From the sequence record DRR378314_1934: 33,483 nucleotides of DNA, one strand, 5' to 3'. Below the pieces are notes generated by a model. It saw nothing but the letters and a program-made list of their open reading frames with translations. It made no database searches and was not told where the DNA came from. Positions 1-7,776 of the stretch are shown here, in pieces; position 1 is the first letter of the stretch, and each line of letters begins with the position of its first letter. The translations under genes and the position numbers were made by a program.

Positions 1-35
1 CAGGCGTGCGCCTTCAGCCACTCGGCCACCTCTCC
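1..35 (-). tRNA. tRNA-Ser, 5' part only (probably anticodon GGA); runs off the left edge of the window
   Basis: Reverse complement reads GGAGAGGTGGCCGAGTGGCTGAAGGCGCACGCCTG: acceptor 5' strand, Ser-type D-arm (GCCGAGTGGCTGAAGGC) and 5' anticodon stem GCACGC-CT-G, as in serW-type tRNAs. Only the first anticodon base is in the window. Confidence 0.9.
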
Positions 36-94
36 AATACTCTTTAAATAATCCGTTCCAAATCAGCAACGTCGTCGCTCATTTGAGGGCGCAA

Positions 95-123
95 ACTCTA
101 ATGGTTTTGTGGCAGTTTGGCAA
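95..123 (-). promoter_or_regulatory. sigma70 promoter for tRNA-Ser
   Basis: Minus strand TTGCCA-17 bp-TAGAGT followed by a GC-rich discriminator-like TTGCGCCC, typical of stable-RNA promoters. Confidence 0.65.
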
Positions 124-304
124 CTCCAATTTGAAAATCCTTTTTCCGCCGCCACCCTCAGCGTGGTTTTGGTTAACGATTGCGCAATCAACCATCAACG
201 CGGCTGATAAAGGGCGATAAGTAAAGATCAGTTCAACATCGCGCACGGGCGTTCTAGGCTATGGTGGTGGTTGCCACGATAACGACAAGAGGATCTCCCG
301 AGCT

Positions 305-3300
305 ATGCCCTTCCAACGCCTGCTGATTGCCAATCGCGGTGAAATCGCTATCCGTATTGCCCGTGCTGCTGCTGAGCTGGATATACCGACCGTGGCTGTC
401 TACGCCAGGGATGATAGCGAGTCACTTCACGTTCGCAAGGCCGATGCAGCGGTGGCGCTGGAAAAGTCCGGTCCGTCGGCGTATCTGGATGGCGAGCAAC
501 TGATCCGCATTGCGAAGGATTATCGCTGCGATGCCATCCACCCGGGTTACGGGTTCTTGAGCGAAAACGCCGAGTTTGCACGCCGGTGCGAGGCCGAGGG
601 GCTGTTCTTTATTGGGCCGTCGCCGGCGGTGCTCGATGTGTTGGGCGACAAGGCCAGCGCGCGGCAGTTGGCCAGGAAACACGGCGTACCCCTGATTCAC
701 GGCACCAATGAGCCCACCAGCCTGGAATCCGCCAGGTCGTTTCTGGAATCCCTTGGCGAACATGGTGCCGTTATGCTCAAAGCCGTGGCCGGTGGCGGTG
801 GGCGCGGCATGAGCCCGGTGCATTCTCCGCAGGAACTGGAAGCAGCCTTCCAGCGCTGCCAATCGGAGGCGACCGCCGCCTTCGGCAACGGCGATCTGTA
901 TGTGGAACAGTTGATTCCCAATGCACGGCATATTGAGGTTCAGGTGATCGGTGACGGCAAGGACGTGACCCATCTGTGGGAACGGGACTGCACCCTGCAA
1001 CGCCGTAACCAGAAGGTGATGGAAGTTGCGCCCGCTCCGGGGCTCGAGCCGGAACTGCGGGAGAAGCTGCTGGCCGATGCGCAAATGCTCGCCCGTGTTG
1101 TGGGGTTCCGTGGGTTGTGTACTCTCGAATTCCTGGTGGATACCGAATCCCGGCACCACGTGTTCCTGGAGGCCAATCCAAGGGTTCAGGTTGAGCACAC
1201 GATCACCGAAGCCATTACTGGCCTGGACCTGGTACAGCTCCAGCTTCGTGTCGCCGCCGGCATGACCCTGGCCGAAATCGGACTGGACAAACCACCACAA
1301 CCCAGGGGGCATGCTGTTCAGTTAAGGGTCAACCTGGAAACCATGTCCGGGGACGGCAGTGCCATGCCCGCCAGTGGCACGATAAGGGTCTATGAGCCAC
1401 CCATGGGCCCCGGACTGCGCGTGGACGGCTATGGGTACAGCGGATACACCACCAGCCCGGCCTACGACTCCCTGTTGGCAAAACTGATCGTGCACTCCGA
1501 GGGTGGCTACACCGCCCTGCTCCGGCGTGCCTACCGTGCCCTCTGCGAATTCAGGCTTGAAGGCGTGCCCAACAACATTGGGTTCCTCCAGAACCTTCTC
1601 CAGCATCAGCAGGTGCTGGAGAACGAACTCTCAACCCGTTTTATCGACACCCACGCAATGGAACTGGTGCCCGGCGGGGATTCGGCCCACCCCGACCTCT
1701 ACTTCCGCGAGCCAGAAACTGAAACCGGCTCCAACAGCGCCGCCGTCGAGGGGCCGGAAGGATCGGTCCCTGTTTTAAGTCAGGCTCAGGGGATTATCGT
1801 CAGGATTGATGTGGAACCCGGCCAGACGGTGAGCAAGGGCCAGCCAGTTGCTGTGGTAGAGGCGATGAAAATGGAGTTGGTGGTCAAGGCTGACCAAAGT
1901 GGCCGTGTGGTCTCACTGGCCGTGGAAGCCGGTGATCCCATCCGGGAAGGTCACCCGATGCTGTTCGTGGAGCCAGGCGAGGTTGCCAGTGGCGCTGTCG
2001 CAACGGAAGAGTCGGTGGATATCGCCCACATCCGCGAGGACCTGCGACAGGTGCTGGACCTCCATGGACAACTGGCTGACGAAAATCGGCCGGAAGCGAT
2101 TGAAAAGCGGCGCAGGACGGGCCAACGAACCGCTCGGGAAAACCTGGCGGACCTGCTCGATGACGGCAGTTTCATTGAATACGGCGCCCTGGCACTAGCC
2201 GCCCAGCGCACCCGTCGCAGCCAGGAGGAACTGCAGGCCCTGAGCCCGGCCGATGGACTGGTGGCCGGTATCGGCACGGTCAACGCAGAACAGTTTGGCC
2301 CACAAGCCGCTCGCTGCATGGCCATGAGCTACGACTACACGGTGTTCGCCGGTACTCAGGGCGTGATGAACCACAAAAAGACCGATCGCATGCTGGAACT
2401 GGCGGAGAAACAACGGCTGCCCCTGGTATTCTTCACCGAAGGCGGCGGTGGCCGGCCGGGCGATGTGGACTGGGTTGGCGTCGCCGGGCTGGACTGCACC
2501 ACCTTCATGCGCATGGCGCGGCTCAGTGGCTCCGTGCCACTGGTGGGCATCGCATCCGGCCGCTGCTTTGCCGGCAATGCCGCCCTGCTCGGCTGTTGTG
2601 ACGTGATCATCGCCACTGAGAACGCCACCATTGGTATGGCAGGCCCGGCCATGATCGAAGGTGGCGGGCTTGGCCGGTTCATGCCAGAGGACGTTGGCCC
2701 GGTGTCTGTCCAAAGCCGCAATGGCGTGGTGGATATCGTTGCCCGCGACGAAGCAGACGCCACCCGGATGGCGAAGCAATACCTGGCCTGCTTCCAGGGC
2801 GACCTGCCTGGGGGCGAAGCGGCGGACCAACGGGAACTAAGACACCTTATTCCTGAAAACCGCCTGCGGGCCTACGATATCCGCCGGGTGATCGAGACCC
2901 TTGCCGACCAGGGTTCCGTGATTGAACTGCGTCAACGGTTTGCCCCGGGCATGATCACAGCGCTTGTTCGTATCCAGGGAAAGGCGTTCGGGCTGATTGC
3001 CAATAACCCCATGCACTTGGGCGGCGCGATTGATTCGGTGGCGGCAGACAAGGCCGCCCGTTTCATGCAGTTGTGCGACGCCCATGGCCTGCCATTGCTA
3101 TCCCTGTGCGATACGCCCGGGTTCATGGTCGGGCCTGAGGCGGAAAAACAGGCCACCGTTCGCCATGTATCCCGCCTGTTCGTCACTGCCGCCAGCATAA
3201 AGGTACCCTTTTTTACAGTGGTACTGCGCAAGGGCTACGGCCTCGGCGCCCAGGCCATGGCTGCAGGCAGCTTTCACGCCCCCATGTTCACCATCGGCTG

Positions 3301-3583
3301 GCCCACCAGCGAGTTCGGTGCCATGGGGCTGGAAGGTGCGGTCCGCCTGGGATTCTCGAAGGAATTGGCCGCCGTTGACAATCAAGACGAGCGCAAAGCG
3401 CTGTTCGACAAGCTGGTTGGCCAGCTTTACGATCGCGGCAAGGGCGTTAGCATGGCCAGCTTTCTGGAGATTGATGCGGTGATCGACCCGGCTGAAACCC
3501 GCGATTGGCTGGTTCGTGGCCTGAACTCCGTTGACACGGAATCGCTCGTCGGCAACCATCGGCCTATGATCGACACGTGGTGA
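305..3583 (+). CDS. Single-chain biotin-dependent acyl-CoA carboxylase (biotin carboxylase - BCCP - carboxyltransferase; LCC-like architecture)
   Basis: N-terminal LLIANRGEIA, HPGYGFLSEN, KAVAGGGGRGM, RDCTLQRRNQK and EANPRVQVEH (biotin carboxylase); EAMKM biotinylation site; C-terminal CT motifs DYTVFAGTQG, GGGGRP, CDTPGFMVG, RKGYG. 1092 aa; GAGG upstream. Confidence 0.93.
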   Translation: MPFQRLLIANRGEIAIRIARAAAELDIPTVAVYARDDSESLHVRKADAAVALEKSGPSAYLDGEQLIRIAKDYRCDAIHPGYGFLSENAEFARRCEAEGLFFIGPSPAVLDVLGDKASARQLARKHGVPLIHGTNEPTSLESARSFLESLGEHGAVMLKAVAGGGGRGMSPVHSPQELEAAFQRCQSEATAAFGNGDLYVEQLIPNARHIEVQVIGDGKDVTHLWERDCTLQRRNQKVMEVAPAPGLEPELREKLLADAQMLARVVGFRGLCTLEFLVDTESRHHVFLEANPRVQVEHTITEAITGLDLVQLQLRVAAGMTLAEIGLDKPPQPRGHAVQLRVNLETMSGDGSAMPASGTIRVYEPPMGPGLRVDGYGYSGYTTSPAYDSLLAKLIVHSEGGYTALLRRAYRALCEFRLEGVPNNIGFLQNLLQHQQVLENELSTRFIDTHAMELVPGGDSAHPDLYFREPETETGSNSAAVEGPEGSVPVLSQAQGIIVRIDVEPGQTVSKGQPVAVVEAMKMELVVKADQSGRVVSLAVEAGDPIREGHPMLFVEPGEVASGAVATEESVDIAHIREDLRQVLDLHGQLADENRPEAIEKRRRTGQRTARENLADLLDDGSFIEYGALALAAQRTRRSQEELQALSPADGLVAGIGTVNAEQFGPQAARCMAMSYDYTVFAGTQGVMNHKKTDRMLELAEKQRLPLVFFTEGGGGRPGDVDWVGVAGLDCTTFMRMARLSGSVPLVGIASGRCFAGNAALLGCCDVIIATENATIGMAGPAMIEGGGLGRFMPEDVGPVSVQSRNGVVDIVARDEADATRMAKQYLACFQGDLPGGEAADQRELRHLIPENRLRAYDIRRVIETLADQGSVIELRQRFAPGMITALVRIQGKAFGLIANNPMHLGGAIDSVAADKAARFMQLCDAHGLPLLSLCDTPGFMVGPEAEKQATVRHVSRLFVTAASIKVPFFTVVLRKGYGLGAQAMAAGSFHAPMFTIGWPTSEFGAMGLEGAVRLGFSKELAAVDNQDERKALFDKLVGQLYDRGKGVSMASFLEIDAVIDPAETRDWLVRGLNSVDTESLVGNHRPMIDTW

Positions 3584-3610
3584 ACGAAACACTGCCCTGG
3601 GGTGACCGTT

Positions 3611-4141
3611 ATGATGATGAACGCTGAACAATCCACACTGGTGCTGATAGATCTCCAGAAGAAACTGTTGCCCGTCATCAGCCACGGTAACCTGATGTTG
3701 GCGGAAAGCCTGCGGCTCGCACACATTGCCAGACTGCTGGACGTTCCAGTGATTGCGACCGAACAGATCCCCGAAAAGCTGGGGCACAATGATGAAGCAA
3801 TCAGCGAGTTGGCTGACCAGACACTGACCAAAACTCATTTCGATGCCTGCGGTGGAGGCCTGGTGGAGGCCATCCCGAACAACCGTAAGCAGGTTGTGCT
3901 TGGCGGCTGCGAGGCACACGTATGCCTGCTGCAAACCGCCCTGTCCCTTCTGGATGCCGGTTTCCGTGTCTGGGTGGTGGAGAACGCGACCGGCTCCCGC
4001 CACGATAGCGACCGGGATGCCGCTTTGGAACGCATGCAGCAGGCTGGAGCCGTCATTGTCACCCTGGAGATGGTGGCCTTTGAGTGGCTGCGGCACTGCG
4101 AACACCCCCGCTTCCGGGACGTTCAGAAACTAATCAAGTAG
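3611..4141 (+). CDS. Isochorismatase-family cysteine hydrolase (YcaC-like)
   Basis: LVLIDLQ, ATEQ.P.KLG, K.HF and GCEAHVCLLQT give the Asp-Lys-Cys triad. ATG at 3611 has GGGGTG upstream; GTG 3602 is an alternative start. Close spacing to the carboxylase suggests an operon. Confidence 0.85.
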   Translation: MMMNAEQSTLVLIDLQKKLLPVISHGNLMLAESLRLAHIARLLDVPVIATEQIPEKLGHNDEAISELADQTLTKTHFDACGGGLVEAIPNNRKQVVLGGCEAHVCLLQTALSLLDAGFRVWVVENATGSRHDSDRDAALERMQQAGAVIVTLEMVAFEWLRHCEHPRFRDVQKLIK

Positions 4142-4663
4142 CGAGGAACGGCTCTGATCAACAACAATCAACTCTTCGAGGTTGAATCCGCGTTCCTTTG
4201 CCGTTTTTCTGAACTCCGCCAGGGCTTCATCGCTCACGGTTGGCGTTCTTGACAGAAACCACAGGTAATCCCTGTCATAGCCCGTGATGTAGGCAGACTG
4301 ATAGCCCGCATCAAGCCAAAACACCACGTAGGACGCGTAGAAGGGGCCAAAGAACGACACCTTGAGATGGCCGCTACCTTCATCCACAAACACCGCGCGA
4401 CCTTCTGCTTCCTTCCATGCCCCTTCCTTTTCCGAATAGCCACGGTTGATGACGCGAATGCTGCCGTCGTCCTGAACCGAGTACTCAGCGGTCACACTCG
4501 ACAACCCCTCCTCGAAGGAATGATCCAGGCGCGCAATCTCGTACCACGTGCCGAGATACCGGTCTACGTCGAGGTCAGAAACAGGTTCAATGCCTTCAGG
4601 TACGCCGGTACATCCGACCAGCAACAGGACAGTGGACATCAGGGTCATTTTGATTGCAGACAT
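4130..4663 (-). CDS. blc: Outer-membrane lipoprotein, bacterial lipocalin
   Basis: Lipobox LVGC, lipocalin motif RYLGTWYEIAR, LKVSFFGPFY and YLWFLSRTP. Start placed at ATG 4663 (GGGAAG upstream); 4684 is an alternative. Confidence 0.9.
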   Translation of the reverse strand: MSAIKMTLMSTVLLLVGCTGVPEGIEPVSDLDVDRYLGTWYEIARLDHSFEEGLSSVTAEYSVQDDGSIRVINRGYSEKEGAWKEAEGRAVFVDEGSGHLKVSFFGPFYASYVVFWLDAGYQSAYITGYDRDYLWFLSRTPTVSDEALAEFRKTAKERGFNLEELIVVDQSRSSLLD

Positions 4664-4722
4664 AAGAAACTTCCCGGGGTTCATTCATGCCGATAACGGC
4701 GAGCGATTGGAGCGTTAAAAAT

Positions 4723-4740
4723 ATTTACGTTTACGTAAAG
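4723..4740. promoter_or_regulatory. LiuR-type operator
   Basis: aTTTACGTTTACGTAAAg matches the LiuR palindrome TTTACGTwwACGTAAA and lies upstream of leucine dehydrogenase. Confidence 0.8.
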
Positions 4741-4805
4741 TAGACCTATCTATTTGTTACCGCTGGGATTTTCAAAAACAACAAAAAACCCATGATTTTC
4801 AACCA

Positions 4806-4834
4806 TTGACGATGGTGTAAAAGCTATCTAGTCT
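4806..4834 (+). promoter_or_regulatory. sigma70 promoter for the ldh-transporter unit
   Basis: TTGACG-17 bp-TAGTCT; predicted transcription start near 4841. Confidence 0.65.
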
Positions 4835-4957
4835 TCTCTCGTCGTGCCCCAAAAGGGCGTCGACACATGAAATCATGCCAACCGGCCTATCCGCCGGGGC
4901 ACAACAACAAAACGACCACGAACGCCGTGATCCGGCCTGGTGGAAGAGGATTTCAGT

Positions 4958-5122
4958 ATGTCACTGTCAAATCAGTCCCTGAGCATGGGCCCATGTGCCC
5001 GCTGCCCGCAACACCCGATAACACCCCTCCTTTCCCTGAACGTTTTTGCTCGTCGCTCGCATCGACCGGATTCTTTACGACAGCCCACACCCAGACGATC
5101 ACTGAATCCGACCGGCAGTTAA
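4958..5122 (+). CDS. Possible 54-aa small ORF in the ldh leader
   Basis: AGAGGA seven nt before ATG 4958, downstream of the predicted promoter; no recognisable domain. Confidence 0.3.
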   Translation: MSLSNQSLSMGPCARCPQHPITPLLSLNVFARRSHRPDSLRQPTPRRSLNPTGS

Positions 5123-5239
5123 TCGCGCCCAACACCCGATAGCGATTGAGTTTCGGCAGCGCCCGCCATGTACCCGCCGGCCTCCGTTACAAGGGCGACC
5201 CCCTGTGCAAGAACCATCCGGAGTAAAAGGAACCCAACA

Positions 5240-6301
5240 ATGACTGTATTTACACATCCTGAATTCGACCACCACGAGCACCTGACGTTCTGCTGCGACC
5301 CCGAGACCGGGTTGCGTGCCATTATCGCCGTTCACAACACGTCCCGTGGCCCAGCCCTGGGTGGCTGCCGCATGTACCCCTACGCCAGTGACGAAGAGGC
5401 ACTCACGGATGTACTTCGCCTGTCACGGGGAATGACGTACAAGTCGGCCCTGGCCAACCTTGACCTCGGCGGTGGAAAATCGGTCATTATCGGCGATCCG
5501 CGTCAGCACAAGACAGAAGCAATGCTCGAATCCATGGGCCGTTTCCTCGAGCAACTCGGCGGGCTTTATATCGCTGCAGAGGATTCTGGCACGAGCGTCG
5601 CCGATCTTCAGGTCATGAGCCGCAAAACGTCGAATGTGGCCGGCATCAGCGAGCGCCCGGGGTTTGATGGCAAACCCAGCAATGGCGATCCATCACCGGC
5701 GACGGCCTGGGGCACCTTCGTCGGCGTTCAGGCGGCCGTCAAACACAAGCTCGGCCGTAGCGACCTGGAAGGCTTGAACGTCGCGGTCCAGGGTATCGGC
5801 AACGTCGGCTATCGCCTGGCCCGACACCTCAAGGAAGCCGGGGCAAAGCTCTGGGTCTACGACATACACCAGGACCAGATGGACCGGGCCGTGGCCGAGC
5901 TGGGCGCCACCCCCGCCAGCGCCGACGAAATCCTTTACCTGCCGGTAGACGTCGTTGCCCCCTGTGCCATGGGTGCCGTGCTGAACGACCACTCGATTCG
6001 CAAGCTGCAGGCGACGATTGTGGCCGGCGCCGCCAACAATCAGTTGGCCGGCCCCTCTCACGATCAGGACCTGTTCAAGCGCGGCATACTCTACGCCCCG
6101 GATTTCGTCATCAACGCCGGCGGCATTATCGACGTGTGCTACGAGCGCAAGGGACCGGATCCAGAGGCGGTTCGCGAGCACGTGGGCTCTATTGCCAACA
6201 CGCTGGAGGAAATTTTCCAGCGTTCAGACCGCGATGCCCTTCCCACCGGCCAGATCGCCGATCAGCTCGCGGAGGAGCGGTTCCAGCATAAATCCCGTTG
6301 A
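5240..6301 (+). CDS. ldh: Leucine dehydrogenase (Glu/Leu/Phe/Val dehydrogenase family)
   Basis: [78 protein letters not shown] 5240 follows AAAGGA; 353 aa. Confidence 0.92.
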   Translation: MTVFTHPEFDHHEHLTFCCDPETGLRAIIAVHNTSRGPALGGCRMYPYASDEEALTDVLRLSRGMTYKSALANLDLGGGKSVIIGDPRQHKTEAMLESMGRFLEQLGGLYIAAEDSGTSVADLQVMSRKTSNVAGISERPGFDGKPSNGDPSPATAWGTFVGVQAAVKHKLGRSDLEGLNVAVQGIGNVGYRLARHLKEAGAKLWVYDIHQDQMDRAVAELGATPASADEILYLPVDVVAPCAMGAVLNDHSIRKLQATIVAGAANNQLAGPSHDQDLFKRGILYAPDFVINAGGIIDVCYERKGPDPEAVREHVGSIANTLEEIFQRSDRDALPTGQIADQLAEERFQHKSR

Positions 6302-6324
6302 TGGCGGCGACCGAACCGCCATCA
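6299..6324 (+). other. Intercistronic hairpin between ldh and the transporter
   Basis: TGATGGCGG-cgaccgaa-CCGCCATCA, 9-bp stem with no U-tract. Confidence 0.55.
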
Positions 6325-6365
6325 CTCACTCCCCAGAAAACAAAAACAGTAAGCAGGAGAATACA

Positions 6366-7772
6366 ATGAGTAATGCATCATCTTCCGCCACCGGCGGATC
6401 CATGGACCAGGCGAAAGCCAAGCGTGGGCTCTGGTCCTCGCGACTGGCGTTCATACTCGCCGCGACCGGCTCGGCGGTCGGCTTGGGCAATATCTGGAAG
6501 TTTCCCTACATCACCGGCGAAAACGGTGGTGGTGCCTTCGTCCTGGTTTACCTGCTGTGCATTGCGGCGGTGGGCCTGCCCATCATGATGGCCGAGGTGT
6601 TGGTCGGTCGCCGGGGTGGCCACAGCCCCGTCAACAGCATGCGGGCCATCACCCGTCAGGAAAATCTCAAACCGATGTGGCCCTGGGTAGCGGCCGTCGG
6701 TGTGCTGGCGGGGTTCCTGATACTGTCGTTCTACTCGGTGATCGGCGGATGGGCGATCTCTTACGTGGGAACGGCCGCGTCCGGCCAGCTCGCGGGCCAA
6801 TCCGCAGAGTCCATAGGCGCCATTTTCTCCGGCCTGCTGGGCGATCCGATGAAGCTGCTCATGTGGCACACCCTGTTCATGGCACTGGTCATGATCGTGG
6901 TTGCACGTGGCGTTCGATCCGGGCTTGAACGAGCGGTCAGCATTCTGATGCCAGCCCTGTTTGTCCTCCTTCTGATTGTGGTGGGCTACGCGATGACGAC
7001 CGGCCACTTTGGCCAAGCGGTGGCGTTCCTGTTTCAGCCCGATTTCTCAAAACTGACCACCTCCGGCGTGTTGGTCGCCCTGGGCCACGCATTCTTCACG
7101 CTCAGTCTGGGTATGGGCGTCATGATGGCCTACGGCTCCTATTTGCCGAAGAACATCTCCATCGCCAAGACCTCCGTGACCGTATCGATCATGGATACCG
7201 CTGTGGCGTTGCTGGCCGGGTTGGCTATTTTTCCCATCGTATTCGCTAACGGCCTTGAGCCAGGGGCCGGCCCTGGGCTGATTTTCCAGACTCTGCCACT
7301 GGCGTTCGGTCAGATGCCCATGGGTAGCCTGTTTGGCACGCTGTTCTTCGTACTGCTGATTTTTGCCGCCTGGACGTCCGGCATTTCATTGCTGGAGCCG
7401 ATGGTGGAATGGCTTGAAGAACAGAAAGGGATGAATCGCACGGTGAGCACCCTGGGCGCGGGTATCGTGTGCTGGTTGCTGGGTGTGGCCTCAGTCCTGT
7501 CGCTGAACCTGTGGTCCGATGTCGCGCCGCTGGGTATGTTCGCGATGTTCGAAGGCAAGACCATCTTCGATCTTCTGGACTTCCTGACCGCCAACATCCT
7601 GCTGCCGCTTGGCGGATTGCTGGTCGCCGTATTCGTCGGCTGGACACTGTCTCGTGAGACGCTGGAAAGCGAACTCGGCATGTCCTCGGGGTCGTTCGCG
7701 GTCTGGTATCGAGTACTGCGTTACTTCACGCCCGTTGCCGTAGCGGTCGTGTTTGTCTACAACCTGGTATAA
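6366..7772 (+). CDS. Sodium-dependent transporter, NSS/SNF family (LeuT/MhsT-like; likely amino-acid uptake)
   Basis: WSSRLAFILAATGSAVGLGNIWKFPY..GENGGGAF signature, FFTLSLGMG, AGPGLIF, multiple TM helices. ATG 6366 follows AGGAG; 468 aa. Confidence 0.93.
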   Translation: MSNASSSATGGSMDQAKAKRGLWSSRLAFILAATGSAVGLGNIWKFPYITGENGGGAFVLVYLLCIAAVGLPIMMAEVLVGRRGGHSPVNSMRAITRQENLKPMWPWVAAVGVLAGFLILSFYSVIGGWAISYVGTAASGQLAGQSAESIGAIFSGLLGDPMKLLMWHTLFMALVMIVVARGVRSGLERAVSILMPALFVLLLIVVGYAMTTGHFGQAVAFLFQPDFSKLTTSGVLVALGHAFFTLSLGMGVMMAYGSYLPKNISIAKTSVTVSIMDTAVALLAGLAIFPIVFANGLEPGAGPGLIFQTLPLAFGQMPMGSLFGTLFFVLLIFAAWTSGISLLEPMVEWLEEQKGMNRTVSTLGAGIVCWLLGVASVLSLNLWSDVAPLGMFAMFEGKTIFDLLDFLTANILLPLGGLLVAVFVGWTLSRETLESELGMSSGSFAVWYRVLRYFTPVAVAVVFVYNLV

Positions 7773-7776
7773 CCGG

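Noticed and set aside
3098-4105. 335-aa minus-strand ORF
   Set aside because: Antisense to the carboxylase and hydrolase genes; no domain features.
4689-4696. Perfect GCCGATAA on the plus strand
   Set aside because: The position 15 bp upstream reads CTTC, not TAAA-like, so a sigma28 promoter is unsupported.
6018-6365. 116-aa N-terminal extension of the NSS transporter in the ORF track
   Set aside because: Overlaps ldh in another frame; ATG 6366 has a strong AGGAG and gives a normal NSS length.
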